From a candidate division WOR-3 bacterium (GTDB taxonomy: Bacteria > Hydrothermota > Tepidihabitantia > Tepidihabitantales > Tepidihabitantaceae), in assembly GCA_039801225.1 (NCBI GenBank), contig JBDRUH010000003.1:1-57244 (forward strand): a stretch of DNA of 57,244 nucleotides. Direction: 5' to 3'. The stretch's first letter is position 1. Every line of letters starts with the position of its first letter. The notes below the pieces were generated by a model. It saw only the letters and a program-made list of their open reading frames with translations. It was not told where the DNA came from and searched no databases. Shown piece by piece: positions 34,508 to 43,808 of this stretch. A program made the position numbers and the translations under genes.

Positions 34508-34900
34508 GTGGCTCGTATTGTTGGCGTTGACCTGCCAGATGGCAAGAAAGTTATATATGCCCTGCCCATTATTTATGGCATAGGGCTATCGTCGGCTCAG
34601 AAGATCTTAGCCGCCACCAAGATAGACCCTAATAAACGGGTCGGTGAGTTGTCGGATGAAGAATTGGCGGCTCTCCGTAAGGAGATTGAGAGTAATTATA
34701 AGGTGGAAGGTGAACTGCGCGCCGAGGTAACGGCAAACATTAAGCGCTTGATAGAAATCGGTTGCTATCGCGGACTCCGGCATAGAGCAAGGCTCCCGGT
34801 ACGCGGACAGAGAACAAGAACAAACGCCCGGACGAGGAAGGGACCGCGTAAGACCTCCGGAGTGATTAAGGTAAAAGCCGCACCCCCACCGAAAGGTTAA
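34508..34900 (+). CDS. rpsM: 30S ribosomal protein S13
   Basis: GTG start after AGGAGG. The product begins [15 protein letters not shown] and contains [23 protein letters not shown]. Confidence 0.95.
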   Translation: MARIVGVDLPDGKKVIYALPIIYGIGLSSAQKILAATKIDPNKRVGELSDEELAALRKEIESNYKVEGELRAEVTANIKRLIEIGCYRGLRHRARLPVRGQRTRTNARTRKGPRKTSGVIKVKAAPPPKG

Positions 34901-34903
34901 AAT

Positions 34904-35278
34904 ATGGCAAAGAAATCCTCGCGAAAAAAGGCCGCGCCGGTATGTATTGCTCACATTACGGCATCTTTTAATAACACCCTAGTTACTATTGCTGAACCAA
35001 ATGGAGAGGTAATCTGCTGGTCTTCTGCCGGACGCGTGGGATTTAAGGGAACCAAGAAGGGAACTCCTTATGCTGCAGCGCAGGCAGGTGAGAATGCCGG
35101 CAAAGAAGCGGTGGCGCTCGGTGTCCGGAAAGTGGAAGTGAAAATCAAAGGTCCGGGACCGGGACGGGAAGCGGTGATTCGTTCTCTGCAGAATGCCGGA
35201 CTGGATATAATCTCAATTGAAGATGTTACGCCTATTCCTCATAACGGCTGCCGACCTCCGAAACAGCGTCGGGTATAG
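34904..35278 (+). CDS. rpsK: 30S ribosomal protein S11
   Basis: S11 motifs are [29 protein letters not shown] and [15 protein letters not shown]. Confidence 0.95.
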   Translation: MAKKSSRKKAAPVCIAHITASFNNTLVTIAEPNGEVICWSSAGRVGFKGTKKGTPYAAAQAGENAGKEAVALGVRKVEVKIKGPGPGREAVIRSLQNAGLDIISIEDVTPIPHNGCRPPKQRRV

Positions 35279-35327
35279 GGGTTTGTTGACACTTCGTAAA
35301 ATAATTTTATAATCACTGATAAATCAT

Positions 35328-35942
35328 ATGGCAAGAGATATCGGTCCTAAATGCAAAAGGTGCCGCCGCGCCCGAGAAAAGCTTTTTCTCCGCGGCATTA
35401 AGTGTCTCTCCGACAAATGCATCCTGATCAAGAGAGGCGAAGATTCTGGAAAAACCGGCGGACGACGGATTTCTGCTTACGCCATTCAGTTGCGCGAGAA
35501 ACAAAAGTTAAGAATGATGTACGGAATTCTGGAAACCCAGTTCCGCAATTACTTTGCCCGCGCAGCAAGGAGCAAAAATACCGCTGCGGCACTTTTGATT
35601 TCCCTGGAAAGGCGGCTGGATAATGTCGTATTTCGGCTTGGTTTTGCCGACTCCCGTGCCCAGGCGCGGCAATTGGTTCGCCATGGTCACATTACCGTTG
35701 ATGGTAAAAGGGTAGACCTTCCTTCCTACCAGGTAAAGGCTGGACAGGTAATTGCCGTCGCTACCGAAAAAGGGAAAAAGACGGTCCAAGCAATCGTTGC
35801 CAATAAGGAGTCGCCGGTAGTTCCGTGGCTCAGTGTTAACACTCAACAGCTTTCTGGGCAGATACTTAGGTTGCCCAATATGGATGATGTCAAGGATGTG
35901 CCGTGTAATATGCAGTTAATTGTGGAGTTTTATTCAAAATGA
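35328..35942 (+). CDS. rpsD: 30S ribosomal protein S4
   Basis: The product begins MARDIGPKCKRCRRAREKLFLRG and contains QLREKQKLRMMYG plus an S4 RNA-binding domain (RLDNVVFRLGFADSRAQARQLVRHGH). Confidence 0.95.
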   Translation: MARDIGPKCKRCRRAREKLFLRGIKCLSDKCILIKRGEDSGKTGGRRISAYAIQLREKQKLRMMYGILETQFRNYFARAARSKNTAAALLISLERRLDNVVFRLGFADSRAQARQLVRHGHITVDGKRVDLPSYQVKAGQVIAVATEKGKKTVQAIVANKESPVVPWLSVNTQQLSGQILRLPNMDDVKDVPCNMQLIVEFYSK

Positions 35943-36991
35943 AACTGAAACCTTTTATAACACCGGAAAGGTTAGAGGTTGATAGCGAAACTCTTACCAA
36001 TAGTTACGGAAAGTTCATAATCGCACCATTGGAGCGAGGATGGGGAGTAACCATCGGTAATTCTTTACGGCGGGCGCTTCTATCCTCGGTTCAGGGTGCG
36101 GCGGTGGTAGAGGTAAGAATTGATGGTGTTGCCCATGAGTTCACAACGATTGAAGATGTGATAGAGGATGTCCCGGAAATTATTCTTAATATCAAAAAAC
36201 TCCGTTTCCGTCTCTGGTCAGAGACACCCAGGAGTTGTTTCCTTCACGCTCAAGGGAAAAGGGAGTTCTGCGGTCGTGACCTAACTATCCCGCCCGAACT
36301 GGCAATAGCCAACCCCGAACAAAAGATATTAACTATTACCGATAGCCGACGAACGGTTAACATTGAAATGGTAGTAGAGAACGGTCGGGGTTATGTAAAA
36401 GCGGAAAGGTTGAAAAAGGGCAGGGCCGCACCGGAAGGGACGATATTCCTTGACGCCTTCTTCTCACCAGTGAAAAAAGTAAACTACTGGGTGGAAAATA
36501 TGCGCGTCCAAGATCGAACCGATTTTGAGCGGGTATTGCTAGAGGTGTGGACCGATGGCACTGTAACTCCAGAAGAGGCATTGATTCAATCAGCCACCAT
36601 TTTAAAGAATCATATGGAAGTGCTGGTACCCCAGGAAAAAGAGCCGGAGTTTATTGAGGAAGAAAAGGTCTACCTGGAACGAGACCGACTCTCAGAACTT
36701 TTGGCAATGGATATTGAAGAACTGGAACTTTCCAACCGGGCGCTCAACTGCTTAAAACGGGGACGTTCTAAACGAACCGGAGAGCGAGTTTCTATCCAAA
36801 CGGTTGCCGATTTGGTGCGACACACTGAAAAGGATATGCTTGATATCGAAAACTTTGGTCGCAAGTCGTTAGAGGAGCTGAAGAAAGTACTTGAGGACCT
36901 GGGTTTGACACTGGGTATGGATATAACCGGTATCCCTATTGGGAAGCCTTTGCCTAAAGAAGAAATAGAGAGTAGCGATGCGGCACGGTGA
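35939..36991 (+). CDS. rpoA: DNA-directed RNA polymerase subunit alpha
   Basis: The N-terminal domain has GWGVTIGNSLRRALLSS. The C-terminal domain has IEELELSNRALNCLKR...ENFGRKSLEELK. Its start makes an ATGA overlap with rpsD. Confidence 0.95.
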   Translation: MKLKPFITPERLEVDSETLTNSYGKFIIAPLERGWGVTIGNSLRRALLSSVQGAAVVEVRIDGVAHEFTTIEDVIEDVPEIILNIKKLRFRLWSETPRSCFLHAQGKREFCGRDLTIPPELAIANPEQKILTITDSRRTVNIEMVVENGRGYVKAERLKKGRAAPEGTIFLDAFFSPVKKVNYWVENMRVQDRTDFERVLLEVWTDGTVTPEEALIQSATILKNHMEVLVPQEKEPEFIEEEKVYLERDRLSELLAMDIEELELSNRALNCLKRGRSKRTGERVSIQTVADLVRHTEKDMLDIENFGRKSLEELKKVLEDLGLTLGMDITGIPIGKPLPKEEIESSDAAR

Positions 36992-37406
36992 CCGAGTAAA
37001 GAAACTGGGGCGAAAGCGAGAGCACCGGCTCGCGCTAATGAGAAATTTGGTTGCCGCCCTGATAAAATACGAGCGAATCCGAACTACAGTAGCAAAGGCT
37101 AAAGAGGCACGGCGCTATGCCGAACGACTACTGCGTCAGGCTTGTGTTAATACCGTGGCAGCCCGTCGGGAGGTAGCAAGGTTCATAACTGATAAAAAAC
37201 TGGTGCGAAAACTGTTTGAAGAAATTGCCCCCCGGTTTACTGATCGCCAGGGCGGCTATACCCGGATATACCGGTTGGGGCCACGTCCGGGCGATTCTGC
37301 AGAAATGGCTTATCTTGAGTTTGTAGTTCGGACGGAAAGAGAGAAACCCAAGCGTGCCGAAGGTAAAGAGAAGTCCCCGGCAGAAGAACGCCGCCGCAGG
37401 AAGTAA
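36978..37406 (+). CDS. rplQ: 50S ribosomal protein L17
   Basis: The product begins MRHGDRVKKLGRKREHRLALMRNL and contains GGYTRIYRLGPRPGD. Confidence 0.95.
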   Translation: MRHGDRVKKLGRKREHRLALMRNLVAALIKYERIRTTVAKAKEARRYAERLLRQACVNTVAARREVARFITDKKLVRKLFEEIAPRFTDRQGGYTRIYRLGPRPGDSAEMAYLEFVVRTEREKPKRAEGKEKSPAEERRRRK

Positions 37407-37426
37407 CTGGCTTAACCTTATTGGTT

Positions 37427-37789
37427 ATGCTCAGGAAATTTGTTAAATCAAAAATCCAAGGGCTGCGGATTACTGATAAGCAACTGCATTATGAGGGCAG
37501 TTTAGAACTTGCCGCCGATTTACTTGACGCCGCCGACATCCTACCCGGTGAGATGGTCCAGGTGGTAAACATCAATAACGGGAAACGGTGGGAAACTTAT
37601 TGCATCGCCGGACCCGCCGGTTCAGGTGTCTGTGTCCTTAAGGGCGCGGCGGCAAGGCTGGGAGAAGTAGGCGATGAGATAATTGTAATGAGTATCGCTC
37701 TTTTAGACGCAAAGGCACTAGAAAGTTATAAAATGATAAAGGTGAAAGTTGACCAATATAACCGCCTCAGCCAAATTGACAGGTCATGA
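37427..37789 (+). CDS. panD: aspartate 1-decarboxylase (pyruvoyl-dependent)
   Basis: The sequence MLRKFVKSKIQGLRITDKQLHYEGSLELAADLLDAADILPGEMVQVVNINNGKRWETY includes the self-processing YEGS site. I prefer the ATG at 37427 to the track's TTG at 37421. Confidence 0.85.
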   Translation: MLRKFVKSKIQGLRITDKQLHYEGSLELAADLLDAADILPGEMVQVVNINNGKRWETYCIAGPAGSGVCVLKGAAARLGEVGDEIIVMSIALLDAKALESYKMIKVKVDQYNRLSQIDRS

Positions 37790-37808
37790 TGAGAAAAAAG
37801 GTAAAGAA

Positions 37809-37901
37809 GTTCGTGGTTCTTAGTTCTTAGTTCTTGGTTCTTGGTTTTAGAAACTATAAACTATGGACAAATGGTTCTTGGTCCTTAGTTATTAGTTGAG
37901 A
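37809..37901 (+). repeat. intergenic heptanucleotide arrays (GTTCTTA/GTTCTTG family)
   Basis: The first array is GTTCGTG GTTCTTA GTTCTTA GTTCTTG GTTCTTG GTTTTAG (37809-37850). The second is GTTCTTG GTCCTTA GTTATTA GTTGAGA (37874-37901). Related reverse-orientation arrays lie at 18426-18446 and 28640-28678. Confidence 0.8.
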
Positions 37902-37941
37902 ACCCCCAACTATGAACTCCAAATCACGAACTAATTTGATT

Positions 37942-38286
37942 ATGAATGGAAAAGAATTGGCGGAAAAACTTTCGCAGATAATTCTTCATAAACTTGGGGA
38001 AAACATCCTGATCCTTGACCTTCGTGGCGTATCGCCTTTAACTGACTTTTTCGTTATCACCACCGCCAGCTCAACCGTCCACGCCCGAGCAATTGCCGAG
38101 TCTCTTTTAGACCGAAAAGAAACCCGTGGGTTGAGAAAACCCCATCATATTGAAGGAATGGAAAATGCCCAATGGATACTTCTTGACTATTTTGATGTAA
38201 TTGTGCATATTTTTACTCCTGATGTCCGGGAGTTTTATGGTTTGGAAAGATTGTGGGGTGATGTACCCCAGCGTCTGGTCAAATAA
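37942..38286 (+). CDS. rsfS: ribosome silencing factor RsfS (iojap family)
   Basis: Family motifs are ILILDLRGVSPLTDFFVITTASS, WILLDYFDVIVHIF and REFYGLERLW. I chose the ATG at 37942. The track start at 37912 adds 10 codons next to an intergenic repeat array. Confidence 0.85.
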   Translation: MNGKELAEKLSQIILHKLGENILILDLRGVSPLTDFFVITTASSTVHARAIAESLLDRKETRGLRKPHHIEGMENAQWILLDYFDVIVHIFTPDVREFYGLERLWGDVPQRLVK

Positions 38287-38316
38287 ATTGTTTTTCATAG
38301 ATTTTAGGAGGTAATA

Positions 38317-38778
38317 TTGAACCTATCTTCACTACTCAGAGCAGACCGGATTAACCTTGACCTAAAAAGTCGGAAAAAACCGGAAGTTCTCCGGGAACTG
38401 GTCCTGATGATTAAAGAAGCACAAGACAGTGCAGAAATGCTCCTCCAAACACTGTTAAAACGAGAAGAACTCGGTTCAACTGGCATTGGCAAAGGTATCG
38501 CCATACCTCACGGACGGTCACTTTTACTGGACAAATTGGAAATAGTGGTAGGGAGGTCAACCAAAGGGGTGGATTTTGATGCGGTGGACAACAAACCGGT
38601 CCATCTTTTCTTCCTGGTAATGGCTCCGCCCCAGGACCCTGGTAACCAATATCTAATAACCTTAGGACGGATTGCTATAGTTTGCCAAGAACTGACAAAA
38701 CGGAAGCAGGTTTTTACTCCAGAGACACCTGATGAGTTCATCAAATTCGTCCGGGCACTGGAAGAGAAAATAAAATGA
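38317..38778 (+). CDS. PTS EIIA type-2 domain protein (PtsN-like regulator)
   Basis: TTG start after GGAGG. The phosphorylatable-His motif is GIGKGIAIPHGR, and LFFLVMAP follows. Confidence 0.8.
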   Translation: MNLSSLLRADRINLDLKSRKKPEVLRELVLMIKEAQDSAEMLLQTLLKREELGSTGIGKGIAIPHGRSLLLDKLEIVVGRSTKGVDFDAVDNKPVHLFFLVMAPPQDPGNQYLITLGRIAIVCQELTKRKQVFTPETPDEFIKFVRALEEKIK

Positions 38779-39125
38779 ATCCCAAAATAGAAACCCTTCG
38801 TTCCTTAGAGGAGTTTGACCACATTTTAAGGGACATAGAGAAAGAAGATTATCAGCAGGTTGGTTTTAAAGGGGTAAAGATTTCTGAGCAGTTCATCAAA
38901 ATTGCTGAGAAAGAGAGGACAAAACTCACCAAGAAAATTGACCCGAAGGTACTGGCTCAATATGAACGAATAATGAAGCGCTATGGTGGGCGAGTGGTCG
39001 TCCAGGTAATTCGCGAGTTTTGTGGTGGCTGCTATGTGCGGTTGCCATCAGAACTGGTGGCACGATGTCGCACCGAATTGGTTACCTGCCCAAATTGTGG
39101 AAGATTTCTCTATTGGATAAAGTAA
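38775..39125 (+). CDS. C4 zinc-ribbon protein (COG1579-like C-terminal region)
   Basis: Its start makes an ATGA overlap with the EIIA gene. The zinc ribbon is CGGCYVRLP...CPNCGRFLY. Confidence 0.6.
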   Translation: MNPKIETLRSLEEFDHILRDIEKEDYQQVGFKGVKISEQFIKIAEKERTKLTKKIDPKVLAQYERIMKRYGGRVVVQVIREFCGGCYVRLPSELVARCRTELVTCPNCGRFLYWIK

Positions 39126-39147
39126 GGAAAATTTAGTCTCATTATTA

Positions 39148-39948
39148 GTGCTAATTCTTTTATTGTCGTTTTATTCGGCGTTTGAGTATTCTTTACCCTC
39201 CGGTCCTTTTAGCAGTATGGCAGCCGGTCTGGCGGTAGATGACTGGCGGCATTGGTTTGAAGTAAACCCCGCAGTTTGTATTTCCCAATGGCGGTTTGGT
39301 GCCGATGCTGTTTATACCCGTCCTTATGGACTTACGGGGCTTAATTGCGGTAAATTAGGAGTAAATTTACGGCAGAGGAATGTCGCATTAGGGGTGGGAA
39401 TTCATATTGTTGGGATTGAAGGAGCAGAAGAGTTGAAGACCAAAATAGGTCTCGGGCTGGAACCGGTTTCAAGTGTAAAGGTAGGAATCGGAATTGGCGC
39501 CCTGATTCAGGATATGAGATATTATGGGGTTGATTGGGCTCCAGTATTTGACATTGGTGTCTTATACCAAAAAGATAAATTAAGTTTTGGACTCTCAGGT
39601 AAACAATTAAACTCACCCCGTTTGAAGAATGGGGATGAGGTGCCATACCATTTGGGCGTCGGAGTAGCCTGGGAGCCTATCTCTTCTCTCCTTTTGACGC
39701 TTGACCTGTATCGGGAAGGAAGGGATGAGGGGGGCGCCGCCGGTGTTGAGATTAGATTTTTCCCAGAACTGGCGATTCGTGCCGGAGTCGGAACTATGCC
39801 TTTTCACTGGTGTGCCGGGGTAGGTATACGATTGGGGTGCTTTCATTTAGATAATCACCAGGCTCAGTTCGGACTGGATTATAGTTACCAACTCCATCCC
39901 GAATTGGGTGATACCCATATCTTTAGTATTAACTGGGGATGGAATTGA
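39148..39948 (+). CDS. hypothetical protein, possible outer-membrane beta-barrel
   Basis: 266-aa product. It is rich in Gly and aromatic residues with alternating hydrophobic patterns (VGIGIGALI, LGVGVAWEP, GVEIRFFPELAIRAGVG), and it ends with aromatic residues (INWGWN). It has a GTG start and a weak signal peptide. I recognise no family. Confidence 0.4.
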   Translation: MLILLLSFYSAFEYSLPSGPFSSMAAGLAVDDWRHWFEVNPAVCISQWRFGADAVYTRPYGLTGLNCGKLGVNLRQRNVALGVGIHIVGIEGAEELKTKIGLGLEPVSSVKVGIGIGALIQDMRYYGVDWAPVFDIGVLYQKDKLSFGLSGKQLNSPRLKNGDEVPYHLGVGVAWEPISSLLLTLDLYREGRDEGGAAGVEIRFFPELAIRAGVGTMPFHWCAGVGIRLGCFHLDNHQAQFGLDYSYQLHPELGDTHIFSINWGWN

Positions 39949-41495
39949 CCTTTATTCTATTCTTTGTAGATGTTATCGGTTTATTGCCTATAGAGTTAAT
40001 TCCTGATGGAGGCGTTAACCCAGATGATGAGGCGGTTTATGAGACACTTGAGGACAGTTTAATCGCGCCTTATCTAAGGGCAAATGTCCGGAGAAGTATC
40101 TTGTTTCGCATCCGGGGTGACTCCTTTTTCAGCGGGATGAAGGGGTATGCCAGTTTTATAAGGGCGAATTTCTTGGCAGATGGCAAAGAGGCATGTCTAA
40201 TCTTAGAAAAAGACAAGGGCGAGAAAAGCCCTGCTGATTTTATCGGCGGCGGGTTTTCTTATAACTGGAAACAGTGGCGTATTACCGCGGGCGATTTTTT
40301 AGCCCATTTTGGCACCGGGTTAATTCTTACCACACCTTATTCCCGCTCCGGCTTGAACTTATCCGGTTCGGCAGAAAAGAAAAAGTCTCTACCAAATTCG
40401 GCGCAAGAAAACAGAAACCTTCGTGGGATAAGAGTGGACTGGGTTTCGCAAAAGTGGTCCGTAGTAGCATTAGGTAGCTACTCACCCCGGGATGCCCGGT
40501 TAAATCCTTTTGGAACGGTTGAGCGGTTGAATTTCTCTGGAATCCATAATGATTCCGCCTCTTGTGCCGAAAGGAAGCAGGTAGCACAGGGACTAGGAGG
40601 GATGCTGTTATGTTACAGCGGTTTAAATGTCCACACTGGCATTTCTCTTCAAGGCATTAGATTTAACCGAATTTTTGCTCCTAAAGATTCAACCGCATCC
40701 TTCTTCGGTCAAAACCTCGCCGGGCTCAGTTTCTATTGTCGTTACGGGTCTGAGAATAAAACAGGCGAACTGGAACTGGCTCATTCATTTCCCGGTAATG
40801 GCGCGGGAATGGTGCGATTTAAATTGAATGAATCTGGTATTAATGCCCTGTTTACTGGGACAGTTTACCAGAAGCGATTCTTCTCACCGGCAGGACGACG
40901 CTACGCCCTCACTAACAATAAGGAGCGGGTAGAATTAAGGGGCACATTAGGCTATCATAAAGGAGCATTAAAACTGGCGCTTACTGGTAATACCTATCGT
41001 GACTACTCTGTTGACTCAATCCCGGCACGATTGGAGATTAAAACAGGTTACGAATCACGGGTGTTGGCGATTAAGTTGGTGCTGAATCGGACCTACCGTT
41101 TGGAACAAAGTCGCACTCGGGCGGCAAAGGTTGTGATAAGCACCAACTGGGATTTAATTCAACTGCAGTTTCTATTTTGTGATGAGTATCCGGAATGGAC
41201 CATTGGTAGAGGTAGAGCGGTAAGTCTTAATGCTGAAGTTGACCGGAATTGGGGAAAACTTGCCCTGGGCATTGGCTGGATTGATATTTCTGGGAAGGGG
41301 GTGAGAGTTTCGATTCCGGAATCTGGACCGATGCAGATCGGCACCAGTTTCAGTTCCTATCAGTCGGCGCTAAGATTGAGTGTTTGTGGTACTTTGAGGG
41401 TAATCCGGTTGAGGCAATTTGCCGCCAAGTTAGGTCTGACTCGTAAAGATCACTGGCAAACGGATATTGGGCTCCAGTGGCAATTTATTAGTTAG
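39939..41495 (+). CDS. hypothetical protein, possible outer-membrane/beta-rich protein
   Basis: 518-aa ORF overlapping the previous gene by 10 nt. It shows beta-strand-like alternation and the C-terminus is LQWQFIS. I recognise no family. Confidence 0.4.
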   Translation: MELTFILFFVDVIGLLPIELIPDGGVNPDDEAVYETLEDSLIAPYLRANVRRSILFRIRGDSFFSGMKGYASFIRANFLADGKEACLILEKDKGEKSPADFIGGGFSYNWKQWRITAGDFLAHFGTGLILTTPYSRSGLNLSGSAEKKKSLPNSAQENRNLRGIRVDWVSQKWSVVALGSYSPRDARLNPFGTVERLNFSGIHNDSASCAERKQVAQGLGGMLLCYSGLNVHTGISLQGIRFNRIFAPKDSTASFFGQNLAGLSFYCRYGSENKTGELELAHSFPGNGAGMVRFKLNESGINALFTGTVYQKRFFSPAGRRYALTNNKERVELRGTLGYHKGALKLALTGNTYRDYSVDSIPARLEIKTGYESRVLAIKLVLNRTYRLEQSRTRAAKVVISTNWDLIQLQFLFCDEYPEWTIGRGRAVSLNAEVDRNWGKLALGIGWIDISGKGVRVSIPESGPMQIGTSFSSYQSALRLSVCGTLRVIRLRQFAAKLGLTRKDHWQTDIGLQWQFIS

Positions 41496-41499
41496 AAAA

Positions 41500-42336
41500 A
41501 TGATTGACTACCACATTCATCCTGACTTTTCTCCTGACGCAAAAGGAAGCCTTCTTGACTACTGTCAGGTAGCCAGAAAATTGGGGATGAAGGAGATATG
41601 CTTTACCACCCATTATGAACCGGACCCGGAGCGTGCCGAGATTGAACAGGTGATAGTTAAAGACAAAAGGGTGCCGGTGGATTCGGATTGGGTTGAAGAT
41701 TACTTTGGTGAAATAGACCGCTGTCGGAAACAGTTTTCAGATTTGACAATCAGAGCCGGGGTTGAGATTGGATATGAAATGGGCTTAGAGGGTAAAATTG
41801 CTAACTTTCTCGCTCGGTATCAATTTGACTTTGTTCTTGGCGCGGTCCATTGCCTTGACCATATTGCCATCACCGCTTCAAAAGAACTAAAGGAGTTCCA
41901 CAATAAACTCAAGCCGCGGGGTGGGAATTATATTGCCCGGCGGTATTTTGAATATATCCGGGCGGCAGCGCGTTCCCATCTATTTGATGCCATTGCCCAT
42001 TTGGATATCTGGCGGAAGTATATTATAGGCGAGATGGATGAAGGTTTTGCTCGGGCGATTGATGAACTAATTGAGCCGATGCTAATAGAAATTGCCCGTT
42101 CCGGCGTAGGAATAGAAGTCAATACCGCCCCGCTGCGTAACAATGAAGAGGCAGAACCATACCCTACCAAGAGAATAATCCAGCAGGCGGTTAAATTGGG
42201 CATCCGGACATTCACTGTTGGCTCTGATGCCCATCAACCTCACCATTTAGGGCTTGGAATCCCAAAGGCGATTCAGTTGCTCGGCGAATTCGGCTTAAAG
42301 CCTACCCGATTCAAAAACCGCCAGGTCATAACTTAA
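41500..42336 (+). CDS. PHP-domain histidinol-phosphatase family (HisJ-like) hydrolase
   Basis: The N-terminus MIDYHIHPDFSPDA is the PHP HxH motif. FTTHYEP, GAVHCLD, IAHLD and GSDAH are also present. The ATG at 41500 lies just after the upstream stop. Confidence 0.75.
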   Translation: MIDYHIHPDFSPDAKGSLLDYCQVARKLGMKEICFTTHYEPDPERAEIEQVIVKDKRVPVDSDWVEDYFGEIDRCRKQFSDLTIRAGVEIGYEMGLEGKIANFLARYQFDFVLGAVHCLDHIAITASKELKEFHNKLKPRGGNYIARRYFEYIRAAARSHLFDAIAHLDIWRKYIIGEMDEGFARAIDELIEPMLIEIARSGVGIEVNTAPLRNNEEAEPYPTKRIIQQAVKLGIRTFTVGSDAHQPHHLGLGIPKAIQLLGEFGLKPTRFKNRQVIT

Positions 42337-42447
42337 GTAGTTCATAGTTATCCAATTTAGAAAATCAATAGCCAATTGATACCGTTACTGATTGACAAAA
42401 TTGTTGTTTGTGGCAATCTTATGGTAGTTACGAAGAAAGGAGTTGAA

Positions 42448-42822
42448 ATGAAAGAAGCAGTCCGGACCGACGAAGCACCCAAACCAGTTGGACCCTACAG
42501 CCAGGCGGTAAAAGTGGGGAATTTAATATTTACTTCAGGTCAGATCGGCATTGACCCGAAAACCAATGAATTGGTTGAAGGACTTGAGGAACAGACAAAG
42601 CAGACATTTATGAATCTATCAGCCGTGCTCGCTGCGGCCGGAAGTGGATTGGAACGGGTGGTAAAGACCACAATATTTATTACCGATATGGATAATTTCT
42701 CTTTAGTTAACTCAATTTACGCCCAGTTTTTCCGCGAGCCATTTCCGGCAAGGTCCACGGTTGAAGTCTCGAGATTACCCAAAGGGGCATTAATAGAAGT
42801 TGACGCTATTGCCGAAATTTAA
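42448..42822 (+). CDS. ridA: RidA family reactive-intermediate deaminase (YjgF/L-PSP)
   Basis: AAGGAG RBS upstream. Family motifs are APKPVGPYSQAV, FTSGQIGIDP and ARSTVEVSRLPKGALIEVDAIA. Confidence 0.9.
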   Translation: MKEAVRTDEAPKPVGPYSQAVKVGNLIFTSGQIGIDPKTNELVEGLEEQTKQTFMNLSAVLAAAGSGLERVVKTTIFITDMDNFSLVNSIYAQFFREPFPARSTVEVSRLPKGALIEVDAIAEI

Positions 42823-43804
42823 TCTCTTGCTCTTGGTGACGGCATTGGTTAATGCTTCACCAAAAGAAGAGGAGATTATCAGAGCAAGGGACCTCTGCTA
42901 TTTTGAGGATTATCAACGAGCCGCAGAACTGATAGAGAATTTATCCAACAGATACCCGGATGAGCCAGCGGTTATTTTCTGGCAAGCGGCATTTTTACAG
43001 ATGCTCATATACGACTCGGGGCAGAACAATCTTTTGGACTCATTCTACCGGGTAAGCGACCGAGTGGTTCGGTTGTGTAAAGAACGGCTAAGAGAAAATC
43101 CCCGAGATGGTTGGGCACAATTTTACTGGGGTCTAACCGAACTCAATCGGGCAAATTGCCAAAGTTGGCAGAATCGGAAATTGACCGCATTTTTAACTAT
43201 GTTGAAGGCAAGAGGACATTTCCATCGGGCGCTAACGCTAAAACCGGAACTAGAGGATGCCTGGTTAGGAATTGGTGTAATTGAGTATTTCAAAGCAACA
43301 GCAGACCGTTATTGTGGTGGGTTGGGCTTAATTGGGTCAAAAGGAAAGGCATTCCAATTGGTTAGCCAGGCACAAAAGAAAGGCGGACTTTTGCAGCCAA
43401 TGGCAGAGTATCTATTGGGTTTTATGGCGAAGGAGGAGAAAAGGTTTGAAGATGCGGTTCAATGGAGTTGTTCTTTGCTCTTTCGTTACCCCAACAATCG
43501 GACGACACGCCGACTATTGCGGGATATATATTTGGATATGAGTGAATATACTGAAGTGATTGAAATCGGTCGGAAACTGGAATCTGATATCATCAACACC
43601 TTTCCCAATAATCGTTATGGTTTAGCCGAAAATCGGTTGAAAATGGCTTACGCATATGAAGGTTTGAACCAACTGGATAGCGCACAGATTTTTTGTGAAC
43701 GCATCATCGCCTGGGAGGAATACCAGAACTTTGTACCCTGGCTTGCCAACTATATTCAGGAGGCAAAGCGGTTAAGGAAAAGGATTTCTCTTAAACGAGG
43801 TTAA
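42800..43804 (+). CDS. hypothetical secreted helical-repeat (TPR-like) protein
   Basis: TTG start. The signal peptide is MTLLPKFNLLLLVTALVNA. The remainder is helical-repeat rich. I recognise no family. Confidence 0.5.
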   Translation: MTLLPKFNLLLLVTALVNASPKEEEIIRARDLCYFEDYQRAAELIENLSNRYPDEPAVIFWQAAFLQMLIYDSGQNNLLDSFYRVSDRVVRLCKERLRENPRDGWAQFYWGLTELNRANCQSWQNRKLTAFLTMLKARGHFHRALTLKPELEDAWLGIGVIEYFKATADRYCGGLGLIGSKGKAFQLVSQAQKKGGLLQPMAEYLLGFMAKEEKRFEDAVQWSCSLLFRYPNNRTTRRLLRDIYLDMSEYTEVIEIGRKLESDIINTFPNNRYGLAENRLKMAYAYEGLNQLDSAQIFCERIIAWEEYQNFVPWLANYIQEAKRLRKRISLKRG

Positions 43805-43808
43805 ATTA

